NCBI GenBank assembly: GCA_030390025.1 | Contig: CM059441.1 | Span: 24,800,001-24,864,000, forward strand | Direction of reading: 5' to 3' | DNA length: 64,000 nucleotides | Source: Squalus acanthias | Taxonomy: Eukaryota | Part shown: in pieces, positions 1 to 11,607 of the stretch | Position numbering within the stretch: position 1 is the first letter of the stretch | How the letters are laid out: every line of letters starts with the position of its first letter | Translations under genes and position numbers: made by a program | Notes under the pieces: generated by a model | Seen by the model: only the letters and a program-made list of their open reading frames with translations | What the model was told of the DNA's origin: nothing | Database searches by the model: none

Positions 1-196
1 CTGCGCTGCCCGTTCAAGTTTTCGTGCATGCGCGGTGAGCGGCCTGCACGGGACCTCTAGGCTGCTGCGGGGGCCGTGTGGCCACGCAACTTAGCGGAAA
101 CATTGTTCCCCGCCCCACCTCCGCCTCTCATAACTGAGATCGAATAATGCAGCACCACTGGTCTGGGAGTCAAACCTGGGACCTTCATAGTTTATA

Positions 197-850
197 AAAT
201 AAAAACAGAAAATGCTGGAGATACTCAGCAGGTCAGGCAGCATCTGTGAAGAGAGAAACAGAGTTAACGTTTCAGGTCGATGACCTTTCGTCAAAACTGG
301 AAAAAAGCAGGAAATGGAACAGATTTTCAAGCAAGTGTAGAGGCTGGGAAAGGGGGGAGGGGATGAAAGAACTAAAGGGAAGGTCTGTGATGGGATAGAA
401 GGCGGGAGAGGTTAAGAGACATTAAGAGATGTTCAAGGCAAAAGGAGATGGTAATGGGACAGGTTAAGAAACAAAGGATGGCTCTAGATGAAGTGTAAAT
501 TGCGCTGGTGAAGAACACCTCGAGTCTCTTCACCGGGAGCAAGTGGAAGCCAAGCGCAAACAGTGGAAGGAGCGCACGTCAACCCAAGCACCCCACCCAC
601 CCGCCCCTTCAACCACCGTCTGCCCCACCTGTGACAGAGACTGCAGGTCCCGCTTCGGACTCATCAGTCACCTGAGAACTCATTTTTAATGTGGAAGCAA
701 GTCATCCTCGGTTCCGAGGGATTGCCTCAGAAGAAGAGAAGAGAAGAAGAAATTGCGCTGGCAGAATGAAAGACAGCTGCCATGTGGGAGAGAAGAACAG
801 AAGGCACAAACAAAAAGTGTGGATATTTGGCTCCGCGACATGTATTGGGC
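197..850 (-). mobile_element. Penelope-like pLTR fragment, interrupted by an RTE insertion
   Basis: Reverse complement of the pLTR at 18787-19130; hammerhead core mutated (TTGACGA). Confidence 0.8.
509..749 (+). mobile_element. RTE-clade LINE 3' fragment
   Basis: C..C.R.C.S..GL.SH.RTH zinc-finger end, GAA-type tail, 12-bp TSD aaattgcgctgg (497-508 and 750-761). Confidence 0.75.
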
Positions 851-1234
851 AAATTCGCCAAGTCGCGAAGTGGAGCCTTGCACCCTCATTTCCCTCCCTA
901 AACCTCTCCGGCTCTCTGCCTCTCTCTCTCCTCCTTAAAGGCGCTCCTTAAAACCGACCTCTTTGGCCAAGCTGTCCTATATCTCCTTCTGTGGCTCGGT
1001 GTGTGTTTGATAATCGCCCCTGTGAAGCGCCTTGGGACCTGTTAAAGGCGCTGTATAAATACAAGTTGTTGCTGTTGTATCCGGATACCCGAGGGTGTTA
1101 ATTATCCCCAACAATCAATTAATTATCCAACAGGACGTTTCATCCAAAGACAAATCTGGTCCTTTACTGCCTCCCAGTGGCAAGAGAAGTGAACAGGCAG
1201 AAGAGCAGGGAGCTGTCTGCAGCAGCGATTAGGC

Positions 1235-1730
1235 ATTCTACAGCCCTCTGGACTCAACATAGAGTTCAACAATTTCAGATCATAACCTCGGCCCCTATCA
1301 CACATATATATATATTTTATCCACACTTTTTGTTTGGCCTTTTTTTCTTCCCTCCCACATGGCAGCTGTTCATTCTGCCAGCGCAATTCACACTTCATCT
1401 GGAGCCATCCTTTGTTCCTTAACCTGTCACATTACCACCTCCTCTTGTCTTGAATATCTCTTAATGTCTCTCAATGTCTCTCAATCTCTCCTGCTTTCTA
1501 TCCTGTCACTGACCTTCCCTTTTGTTCTTTCATCCCCTCCCCCATTTCCCAGCCCCTAAACCTGCTTTAAAATCTATTCCATTTCCTGCTTTTTTCCAGT
1601 TCCGACGAAGGGTTTCGACCTGAAACGTTAACTCTGTTTCTCTCTCCACGGATGCTGCCTGGCCTGCTGAGTTTTTCCAGCGTTTTCTGTTGTTATTTCG
1701 GATTTCCAGCATCCACAGTATTTTGCTATT
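1235..1730 (+). mobile_element. Penelope-like 3' fragment (ORF end plus pLTR)
   Basis: LQPSGLNIEFNNFRS* followed by pLTR sequence. Confidence 0.8.
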
Positions 1731-1954
1731 GTAATAGTTTCTCTCTGTCTACCCAATCTGCGTAACATTTTAAACAACTCGATCGGATCACCCCTCAATC
1801 TCCTACACTCGATGTCGGGGGGATTACGGGTCAGATTTCATCAGCCTGACACTACTCCTTGTCTAGGCTCGCACATGCTCACTTGCTGAGAAACCGGAGG
1901 GTAACTCAAGAATAAAAACAGAAAAATGCTGGAAACACTCAGCGTCTGTGGAAG

Positions 1955-2385
1955 GAAGAAGACTTGCATTTATATCGCGCCTTTCACATTTCTAAAGTAC
2001 TTTTGAAGTGGAGTCACTGTTGTAATGTGGGAAACACGGCAGCCAATTTGTGCACAGCAAGCTCCCACAAACAGCAATGTGCTAATGACCAGATAATCTG
2101 TTTTTGTGATGTGGATTGAGGGATAAATATTGGCCAGGACACCAGGGATAACTCCCCTGCTCTACTTCGAAACAGTGCCATGGGATCTTTAATGTCCACC
2201 TGAGAGAGCAGACGGGGCCTCGGTTTAAAGTCTCATCCAAAAGACAGCACTTTCCGACAGTGCAGCACTCCGCTGGAGTGGAGTGTCAGCCTGGAATTTT
2301 TGTGTTCAAGGCTCTGAAGCAGGATATGAACCCACAACCTTCTGACTCAAAGGCAAGAGGGCTACTGACTGAGCCAGAGCTGGAG
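1955..2385 (-). mobile_element. Deu-SINE copy
   Basis: Same family as 19803-20280. Confidence 0.8.
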
Positions 2386-3432
2386 GTAGGAACAGAGGTA
2401 ACGTTTCAGGTTGATGACCTTTTGTCAGAACTGGAACGAGGCAGAAGGGATAAACGCAAATCCCGTCGGAGAGAAGAGCAGAACATCTTCAGGGTGGGTG
2501 TTCCTGGAAGAGAAGTGGCGGTGAACTAGACACTAAAACAAAGGCAAAATTCTGCGTATGCCGAAAATCAGTCTGTTTCTCTCTCCACGGATGCTGCCTG
2601 ACCTGCCGAGTGTTTCCAGCATTTTCCGGTTTTCATTTCCGATTTCCAGCATCCTCAGTATTTTGCTTTTGTTTTATTGGGATTTGCGGAGCTGTCCTCC
2701 GGCAGGGGATGATCACCTTCAGAAGCTGCGGAGAGGAAACGGGGGGGGAATCAAACTGATTACAGCATTATATAAAAACAAAACCCCAATCTTATTTGAA
2801 GGCCTCAGTCTGAGATCTGATAACGAGCTCAGATATGTCTCTTCCTACTCCCACTCGCCACCCCCGTTCTCAATTCTGCTGAGCGTCTCAGGATTGATTC
2901 AGTCCTCGCTTCATTGTCAATCCATTTGTGCCTCGCTTCAATGTTGTCAAATTTCATCCAGCTTCCGAGCAAAATTAAAAGCCCGAGTGATTACATTACA
3001 CAGTGCTTCAATCTAGTTATAGAATTACATTTCATTATTGGTGCACCTCCATCTGTGTTTTACATTAACCAAGGTGCTCGGTAATAGAATTAACTGATTC
3101 CCTGCAGATTGTGTCGGTCTGCTCACATCCTCTCTCCACTTGCCCACAGCGTTTTCAACTGAAATGAGCGTTGGTCTCAGCTGAAGGGTCACGAAACTCG
3201 AGTCGACTTTAATTTGGTTTCCTCTTTGGTTCAACACACTCCAAAAGAAAGAAAGACTTGCATTTCTATAGCGCCTTTCACGCTCTCACTTGAAGGAATA
3301 AGAACATAAGAATTAGGAGCAGGAGCAGGCCATTCAGCCCTTCGAGCCTGCTCCGCCATTCAATAAGATCATGGCTGATCTTCTACCTCATCTCCACTTT
3401 GCTGCACTATCCCCATATCCCTTGATTCTCTC

Positions 3433-4206
3433 AGGGCGCGAAATTCGGTTACGCCCCGTTTGCGGGTGGTAACCGAGTTAAGGCCGGACACTTAGCGCCC
3501 GGCGTGGAAGTACTGCCCCGGCCGCTAAATTCGGCTTATCACCCCGCACAGGAAGTGAAGCGCACTTCCTGGTGGGGCGGTAACTGAGGCGATGCCGGGG
3601 CGCGCTCCGTGGAAGCTCCACGGAGCGCTGCCGCGTTTCAACACCCCTCCCCTTCTGTTAAAGGGGAGGGCCGCTGCGCACTCTGCAGGGCCTCCGATGG
3701 CCCCGACTCAGCCACCAGGGCGGTGTGGTGCCGCGGCAGCAGCCCGGAGCCAAGACGCGGTGCCGGGCTGCGCGATGGTGGCCAGGACCACGCCACAGCC
3801 CACCACAGAGGGCTCGACCTGGAGGTCGGCCAAAAAGAGAAAATGGTGACGCGGGTCGCGGCCGCACCTCCCCTTTAAATACCGCCCCGAGAGCGGAGGT
3901 TGGCCCGGCTCGCGACCCGCGAGGCTGGCGCTGACATCGCCCATGGCAACCTCGCGGGGTGCAGCCAAATTAATTCACGGGGCGGTAAGGGGTTGCAGCG
4001 CACAGCGGTGACATCATTGGCGGTGGCACGGCAGCCTGGGGCGCTACCGGCGGGGCGTGGCACTATCGGGTAGCGCCTCAGCAACACCCTACCGAATTTC
4101 TCGTGAGGTGCTTTTTCCGTCACCCCCAACAATAAGCATTTTGCGACCCGTTAGCGCCCCCTGGAGACGGTAACAACAGGCGCAAAGGAGCCGAATTTCT
4201 AGCCCT
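3433..4206. mobile_element. GC-rich non-autonomous DNA transposon (Harbinger-like MITE) in a CR1 tail
   Basis: TIRs agggcgcgaaattcgg / ccgaatttctagccct. Confidence 0.7.
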
Positions 4207-4472
4207 TCATCTCCAAAAATCTATCGATCTCAACCTCTAAATATCGGGTGTTACAATAGCGTCCCAGTGGGCTTTCCCCCACCTGTCTATCTCAGAGACC
4301 CTGAAGCCAATTGTGCTATCCCTACTGCTGCCTCAGCACAGACTAAGCATTGAATCTTGGACCAACTGGACTGTCTGGCTCCAGGTGGGGCATTTACGCA
4401 CTCAGGCGTGCAGGATACCGCAGCAATGAAACCCGGCAACTTGTTTTAAGTGTTTTGTTTTGATTCCAACAG

Positions 4473-4681
4473 GTCAATGGTAAGGAGATTTCTACAGGCG
4501 TGAAAGATGAGATGATAGAAATATTCCAGGGTGAAGAGGAACAGGTTATCGTACAGGTGCTGCGGAAAAATGCGTGCACCAGACACGCCCCGAGGGTAGA
4601 TGTTGGTACACAGACAGATCTGGCCGATAGTTGCACAGATGTAGAGTACCCAGCCTTTCACTCCACTGCAGTCTCAGACAG
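4473..4681 (+). CDS. PDZRN3/PDZRN4-family gene, internal exon (C-terminal half of the first PDZ domain)
   Basis: AG/GT-bounded 209-nt exon reading VNGKEIST...IVQVLRK...VDVGTQTD, resembling PDZRN3 VNGRDLS...IVVQVLRR...VDTGTQTD. Confidence 0.85.
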
Positions 4682-4699
4682 GTATGTATAGCACAGAGG

Positions 4700-4826
4700 A
4701 TAAATACTGCGGATGCTGGAAATCTGAAATAAAAACAGAAAATGCTGGAAATACTCAGCAGGTCAGGCAGCATCTGTGGAGAGAGAAACAGAGTTAACGT
4801 TTCAGGTCTCTGACCTTTCATCAGAA
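4700..4826 (-). mobile_element. Penelope-like terminal fragment with an intact hammerhead core
   Basis: Minus strand CTGATGAAAGGTCAGAGACCTGAAACGTTAAC followed by the pLTR end. Confidence 0.75.
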
Positions 4827-5139
4827 TTTATCCTTATATAGCTCGGTGTCAAATTTTTTGTCTTATAATACTCCTGTACAGTCCCTTGGGACGTTTTACT
4901 ACGTTAAAGGTGCTATATAAACACAAGTTGTTAGTGTTGTTGGAAAGCCTATTGCGCTAAGATACAAGGAAGTTCGATTATTAACCCTTAACTCCCCAAG
5001 ATGTGTAACATATAACTCCCCAAGATGTCCGACAGTCACTAGCCTGTGCTCTCAGACAGCACAGCTGCCAAGGCTGGAGATTTCATCAAGAAGGATGAGG
5101 AAAAAAAGCTGATGCCTGTTTTTATTATACCTTGGACAG

Positions 5140-5242
5140 GTGTTTCCTGCACAGACCTGCACCTGATCGTCACTACAACGCTACCGAATACCTTCCCCGC
5201 ACCTCTCATGAGATGGAAAGTGAATGCAACCCAGTGTATGAG
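5140..5242 (+). CDS. PDZRN-family gene, inter-PDZ linker exon
   Basis: cag|G...GAG|gtaact; phase fits the previous exon; reads CFLHRPAPDRHYNATEYLPRTSHEMESECNPVYE, resembling the YD..EY...E(Y)E linker of PDZRN4/PDZD4. Confidence 0.7.
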
Positions 5243-5711
5243 GTAACTCGCAACTGCATAACTATCCCGAGCCATCGCCTTCAGGGAGATGTCGGCAGTG
5301 AGATTAATGCGCAGAATTAAAACAAGTGCCAGCCAATGTTCCCCGTGAGCGGCGCTGTGTTCTGCGCGGCCTGTTTCTTTAAATGCGCGGTCCCTTTAAA
5401 TTTCTGCGCTTGCCCGGTGTTTACAATGGGAAAGCCGGTGAGCGGCCTGTGCGGGACCTTGCAGATTACTGCACGGCTGCGCGCTCAGCTTAGCAGGAAC
5501 GTTGGTGCCAGTTAACACTGCCGCCTTCCCTTCCAGCACCACGAGTGGACAAGGGAATCGTGGGGGAGATGATGAGATTTTTTTTTTTACGCAGCGAGTT
5601 GTTGTGATCTGGAATGCGCTGCCTGAAAGGGCGGTGGAGGCAGATTCAACAGTGACTTTCAAAAGGGAATTGGATAAATACTTGTAAAAGAAAGATTTTA
5701 CAGGGCTATGA

Positions 5712-6108
5712 AAAAAGACTTGCATTTCGACAGCACCTTTCATGACCTCCGGATGTCCCAAAGCACTTTACGGCCAATTAAGTACTTTTTGAAGTGTAGT
5801 CACTGTTGTAATGTGGGAAATGCGGCAGCCAATCTGCGCTCAGCAAGCTCCCACAAACAGCAATGTGATAATGACCAGATAATCTGTTTTTTAGTGATGT
5901 TGATTGAGTGATAAATATTGGCCAGGACACCAGGGAGACTCCCCTGCTCTTCTTCGAAATAGTGCCATGGGATCTTTTACGTCCACCTGAGAGAGCAGAC
6001 GGGGCCTCAGTTTAACGTCTCATCCGAAAGACGGCACCTCCGACAGTGCGGCACTCCCTCAGTGCAGCACTGGAGTGTCAGACTAGATTTTTGTGCTCAA
6101 GTCTCTTG
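5712..6108 (-). mobile_element. Deu-SINE copy nested in a CR1 fragment
   Basis: Same family; CR1 sequence resumes after 6108. Confidence 0.8.
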
Positions 6109-6788
6109 AGAAAGAGCAGTGGAGTGGGACTAATTGGAGAGCTCTTTGAAAGAGCCGGCACAGGCACGATGGGCTGAAAGGCCTCATTCTGTGCTGTATG
6201 ATTCTATGGCAAAGCCAAGTTGTAGTGCTCTGCTTGCATCACCCTCTAATCATTGGATTAATCGTCTCCCTTTATATATAAATTATATCATTACTGTAAA
6301 TAGGAAATGATTCATTTTTAATTTCGTGTTTCTTCCTGCTGATTTAATCCCCTCCCGAAGACGGTGACTATTTACTGGGGCACAGATTCAAAGCTGGTAG
6401 GTGCCTCTCAGCGCCTCAGCCGAGTGGTCTTAGCAGTGAGTGTCAGCCAGCTATTCAGCTGCAGGGATTATCACAACCAAGCCTGACCTGGTCCTCACCC
6501 AACAGCCACAAACATGCACTTCCAGCAGGGTCCCTGGATACAGGAGCCCCGGCTGATTTTTTTCCCCCCTCACTAACCCTGGTTGAGATCAGTGAACTCA
6601 GTACAGACCAGGGCTGGAACCTGAGGTCCTCCTGGTCCGGACATCTCAGCTACTCATTGGATAATCTTACTGAGCAAGACCTCAATTTCTGATCTCAATA
6701 TAATGGAATTAGTTAACAATTTATATTCCACCATGATTACACAAAATTGAACAAACTAGTGAAAGTGTTTTTGGACAATACCTATTCC

Positions 6789-7479
6789 AGGGTTGCCAAC
6801 TCTCCAGGATTGCCCTGGAGTCCCCAGGAAAGAAAGACTTGCATACTTACATTTATATAGCACCTTTCACAACCACTGGACATCGCAAAGTGCATTACAG
6901 CCAATTAAGTACTTTTTGAAATGCAGTCACTGTTGTAATGTAGCAGCCAAATTTGCACACAGCAAGCTCCCACAAACAGCAATGTGATAATGACCAGATA
7001 ATCTGTTTTAGTGATGTCGATTGAGGGATAAATATTGGCCCAGGACACCGGGGATAACTCCCTTGCTCTTCTTCGAAATAGTGCCACGGGATCTTTTATG
7101 TCCACCGGAGAGAGCAGACGGGGCCTCGGTTTAACGTCGCATCCGAAAGACGGCACCTCCGACACTGCAGCACCCCCTCAGTACTGCACTGGAGTGGGAC
7201 TTGAACCCACAAACTTTCTGACTCAGAGGCAAGTGTGCTACCCACTGAGCCACAGCTGACACTGAAATAAAGGTTTATCTCCAGGGCACCGCCGCCAGCA
7301 AAGACCCAGGAGAAAGATCATTAAATTAATTATGTGATTTCTCTCAGTTTATTTGAACACTTTTCATTAAATTATGGGAGTTGGGGGGGGGAAAGGCTGT
7401 TCGACCGGGTGGGGTGGTTGGAGGCGGGAAGTCATGTGATGAAACCTCCAGGAATACGCCCAACTAGAGTTGGCAACCC
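6789..7479. mobile_element. hAT-like MITE interrupted by a SINE
   Basis: TIRs gggttgccaactct / agagttggcaaccc. Confidence 0.65.
6828..7263 (-). mobile_element. Deu-SINE copy nested in a MITE
   Basis: Same family. Confidence 0.8.
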
Positions 7480-7793
7480 AAATCCATTGGGAAGAGGATT
7501 CTCATCCAGCCCAGTCTGGTGAGCTAAAAGACCCCTCTACCTTACTCAACCAATGAGTCCTAAATGCTATTCGATGTGACTGTCTCAAGCCAGTCTCCAG
7601 TAGCCAAATGCCCAGCAAACTTACAGTTGGTATCAGTGAGCTTAAGAACATAAGAAATAGGAGCAGGAGTCGGCCATGTTGCCCCCTGCGCCTGCTCCAC
7701 GAAAGTGCAGAAAAGCTTCAATTTCGAACAAACGTTCCACCTGCTGACACCAGTCCGACATATTCTAATCTGCTTTACCTTCTTTCTTAAAAG

Positions 7794-7895
7794 GAGATGG
7801 AGGTGTTCAAACTGAAATACTATCAGGAGATGAGCCTGGGCTTAAGTAGCTGCTACACCATCAATGAAGAACAGCCAAGTATCTCTCTCAATAAA
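7794..7895 (+). CDS. PDZRN-family gene, exon for the start of the second PDZ domain (divergent)
   Basis: Polypyrimidine tract then aag|GAG...AAA|gtaagt, 102 nt; reads EMEVFKLKYYQEMSLGLSSCYTINEEQPSISLNK vs PDZRN3 [33 protein letters not shown]. Confidence 0.75.
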
Positions 7896-8147
7896 GTAAG
7901 TGGTTATTATCAACCAGCTTTATACAGACAGATCTACGAACTTCTCCATGTGTGTGGCTTCCCCCAAGAGTCATTGAAAGGGGGACACAGTTTGTGCGGA
8001 TACACCTTTGCATGTACATATTGTAGGAATATGTGTTGATATTTGTGGCCAAGAGGTTAGATGTAAAGTCTGCTTCTGGGCTACCATGATTGTCTCCTCT
8101 ATCAGCGGCCATCAGGATTGTCAAGGCAGAGCTTTCCCCTCTATTTT

Positions 8148-8785
8148 CAACAACATTAACTTGTATTTCTACAGCGCCTTTAACGTAGTAAAACGTCCAA
8201 AGGCGCTTCACTGGAGCGATTATCAAACACAATTTGACACCGAGCCACATAAGGAGCTATTAGGACAGATGACCAAAAGCTTGGTCAAAGAGGTAGGTTT
8301 TAAGGAGCGTCTTAAAGGAGGAGAGAGAGGTAGACAGGCGGAGAGGTTTAGGGAGGGAATTCCAGTGCTTAGGGCCTTGGCAGCTGAAGGCACGGCCACC
8401 AGTGGTGGAGCGATTAAAATCGAGGCTGCTCAAAAGGCCAGAATTGGAGGAGCGCAGATATCTCGGAGGGTTGTAGGGCTGGAGGAGATTAGATAAGGAG
8501 GGGCAAGGCCATGAAGGAATTTGGATACAAGGATGAGAATTTTAAATTTGAGGTGTTGCCGGACCGGGAGCCAATGTAGGTCAGCGAGCACAGGGGGTGA
8601 TGGGTGAATGGGACTTGGTGTGAGTTAGGATACGGGGCAGCAGAGTTTTGGATGACCTTAAGTTCATGGAGGTTGAAGATTGGAGGCCAGCCAGGAGAGC
8701 GTTGGAATAGTCAAGTCTAGAGGTTAACAAAGGCATGGATGAGGGTTTCAGCAGCAGATGAGCTGAGGCAGGGGCGGAGTCGGAC
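8148..8785 (-). mobile_element. L2-type LINE 3' fragment (related copies at ~860-1078 +, 14112-14505 +, 36560-36872 -, 38965-39465 +)
   Basis: RLDYSN, HSPITP..L, AFSC.GP.LWNSLP, FK..LKT.LF motifs; tail ggcgctatataaatgcaagttgttg. Confidence 0.75.
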
Positions 8786-9345
8786 TCTCCCTCTCACATT
8801 GATAGCAGGTGCTGCAACCTTTGATCAGCACCTCACTGTTCAATGTGGCTCTAATTGAGCAGAATAAGACCTAAACCTACAATCATCCCAAACACCGAGC
8901 ATTACTTCCACCTAGATTATGTTTTAAGGAGCACTGGGGAGGTAGAACATCCTTAAGGTTCATGTAGATCCTCCAAGATTCACAGGAAATTATGGCGTAA
9001 AAACGGGAGCATTTTCCGGCGTAATTTCGACGTAAATCGGATTGAGGAAATTCTGGCCCTAACTCTTCAAGGAAAGTGATCAGTCCCTGGAATGGTCAGC
9101 CGGGTAGTGTCGTGGAGGCAAACACAGGAGTCATTCAACAAGTCTTTAGATGCTGCGATGAGGGAGGGTATCTGTCCCGTCCAGCTCATCTTTCTATAGA
9201 AACCTATGACCTTCCTCCCTTATCTTGGTGATCTTCCTACGATGCCAACACTTCAACAAAACTTTACTCGGCCTGCGCTGAATTTTGATGAGCACCAGCT
9301 AGTGTTATCAGTTGGAATCGTGCCACAACTCTGCAACCTGGATCT

Positions 9346-9517
9346 CTCTCTCTCTCTCTCTCTTAGGCAGTCCCTCGGAACCGAGGATGACTTGCTTCCA
9401 CATTAAAAATGAGTTCTCAGGTGGCTGATGAGTCCTGACATTCCAGGTCCCGAACTTCATTTTAAAGGGTGGAAGTTGCCTGTGCGTGAATTCACACACC
9501 AGCTACCACACAGGCTT
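9346..9517 (-). mobile_element. Short bipartite non-autonomous RTE element
   Basis: RTE N-terminus MKFGTWNVRT joined directly to the RTE 3' end and a (GA)n tail; TSD acctggatct. Confidence 0.7.
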
Positions 9518-10329
9518 GACCTGGATCTACCCAAATGGACAAGATGAAAGTTTCCTCTCAACCCGCTGTAAAGTTCAAATGTGAAATGAGATTGAGGCAG
9601 TGCCGATCCAGTTCTTGTGAGAATGAACACAGGAGGTCACAGGGTAGATGTGGATCGGGGAAGGTCTTTCAGACTGTCCGACCCCTGTCTGTCCACAGAG
9701 ACAGGCCCAGATTTTCCGGGGCCTGTGACTGCGTACGCAGCCTTTAGTGCCCCGTAAGTTCCGGGTTTCCGCATGCGCCACGCATGCGCAAAAACCCAGC
9801 ACTTGCGATCTGTCAAGTTTCAGCTCAGCAGATCCACCGCATCCCTGGGAAACGGACATTCGCGGGCGGAGAGTCGGGCTATTTGCCCGGCGGATGCCCC
9901 AATTAATTTTGACCATGTAATGATTTATTTTTATTTAACTGGTGTGTAATTGTGTTTTTTAGGGATTCCTATTCCTGTTTATGGAGATTCCGTACGTAAA
10001 TGGATTCCCCATAAGCATGATGGGGATCCCCCTTTCTCATTGGTTGGGCCGGCCCACGTGATCCCAGGGACGCTGGCGAACCGCCTGCGCCCCTGGGATA
10101 GGTGGGCCTTTACGCAGGCGTACGCGTAGGGGCCCATGAGCGCGAGTGTCCGAACCTCCGGGACCGTCAGGTAGGTTCGCACTTTCCTTGCGGTTCGGAG
10201 GCCTCCGCCCGCGGGAAACCTCCAACCACAATGTCAGGCCCGTCGTGACTCAGTGGTCTAGTGCGTTGGTCAGACCCCGTCTGGGGCGCTTCCTTCAGTT
10301 TTGAGCACGGCATCTCAGCAAAGATAGAT

Positions 10330-10625
10330 TGGCCTTGAAGAGAGTGTAGCGCAGATTCATCAGAACAACACCGGGGCTAAAAGGGTTAAGTTATGAGGAC
10401 CGGTTGCATAAACTTGGCTTGTATTCCCTCGCGTGTAGAAGATTAAGAGATGATCTGATTGAGTTGCTTAAAATGTTAAAAGGATTCGACAGAGTCGATT
10501 CAGAGAAACTATTTCCTCTGGTGGGGGATTCAAGAACAAGAGGACATAAAATTAGAGCCAGGCCATTTAGGAGGGAAATTAGGAAGCACTTTTTCACACA
10601 AACGGTAGTAGAAATCTGGAATTAA
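10330..10625 (+). mobile_element. CR1 fragment
   Basis: RRLRDDLIE...TRGH...FFTQ.VVEIWN. Confidence 0.75.
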
Positions 10626-10860
10626 GCCCAATAAATTTTAAAAGGAAGAAAGAAAATAGTATCATGGGATCTTTTACATCCATCTGAGAGGGCAGATGGG
10701 GCCTCAGTTGACTGCCTCATTCGAAAGACGGCCTCTCTCTCATTTCTGCACTGGGAATGTCAACCTGGATTTTGTGCTCCAAGTCTCTGGAGCGAGGAGA
10801 CTTGAACCCACAACTTTCCTGACGTGGAAGGCGAGAGTGCTGCCACTGAGCCACAGCTGA

Positions 10861-11560
10861 ACATACGAACATACGCATTAGGAGCAGGAGTCGGCCACTC
10901 GGCCCCTCGAGCCCGCTCCACCATTCAATAAGATCATGGCTGATCCGATTACTCCACATTCCCGCCTACCCCCGATAACTTTTCACCCCCTTGCTTATCA
11001 AGAATCTATCTACCTCTGCCTTAAAAATATTCAAGGACTCTGCTTCCACCGCCCTCTGAGGAAGAGAGTTCAAAGACTCACGACCCTCTGTGAGAAAACA
11101 TTTCTCCTCCTCTCTGTCTTAAATGGGCGACCCCTTATTTTTAAACAGTGACCCCTAGTTCTAGATTCTCCCACAAGAGGAAACATCCTCTCCACATCCA
11201 CCCTGTCCAGACCCCTCAGGATCTTATATGTTTCAATCAAGTCACCTCTTACTCTTCTAAACTTCAGCGGATACAAGCTTAGCCTGTCCAACCTTTCCTC
11301 ATAAGACAACCCGCCCATTCCAGGTATTAGTCTAGTAAACCTTCTCTGAACTGCTTCCAACGCATTTACATCCTTCCTTAAATAAGGAGACCAATACTGT
11401 ACACAGTACTCCAGATGTGGTCTCACCTATGCCCTGTATAACTGAAGCATAACCTCCCTACTTTTGTATTCAATTCCCCTCGCAATAAACGATAACATTC
11501 TATTAGCTTTCCTAATTACTTGCTGTACCTGCATACTAACCTTTTGCGATTCATGCACTA
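10861..11560 (-). mobile_element. CR1 LINE 3' fragment
   Basis: RPHLEYCVQYWSP...FSQRVV ORF and CR1 3'UTR. Confidence 0.9.
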
Positions 11561-11607
11561 GCTGACACCAGTTATACTGTTGTTATCTTTGATTTCTTGT
11601 ATTTTAG

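Noticed and set aside
3433-4206. CpG island or promoter, with several ORFs
   Set aside because: Bounded by terminal inverted repeats and inserted in a CR1 tail; it is a MITE.
4990-5028. Short direct repeat taactccccaagatgt (two copies)
   Set aside because: Ordinary local duplication in an intron with no further structure.
9199-9645. Possible missing PDZRN exon(s) disrupted by the RTE insertion
   Set aside because: There is an acceptor-like site at ~9198, but no frame resembles PDZ2 even after removing the insert, so it cannot be supported.
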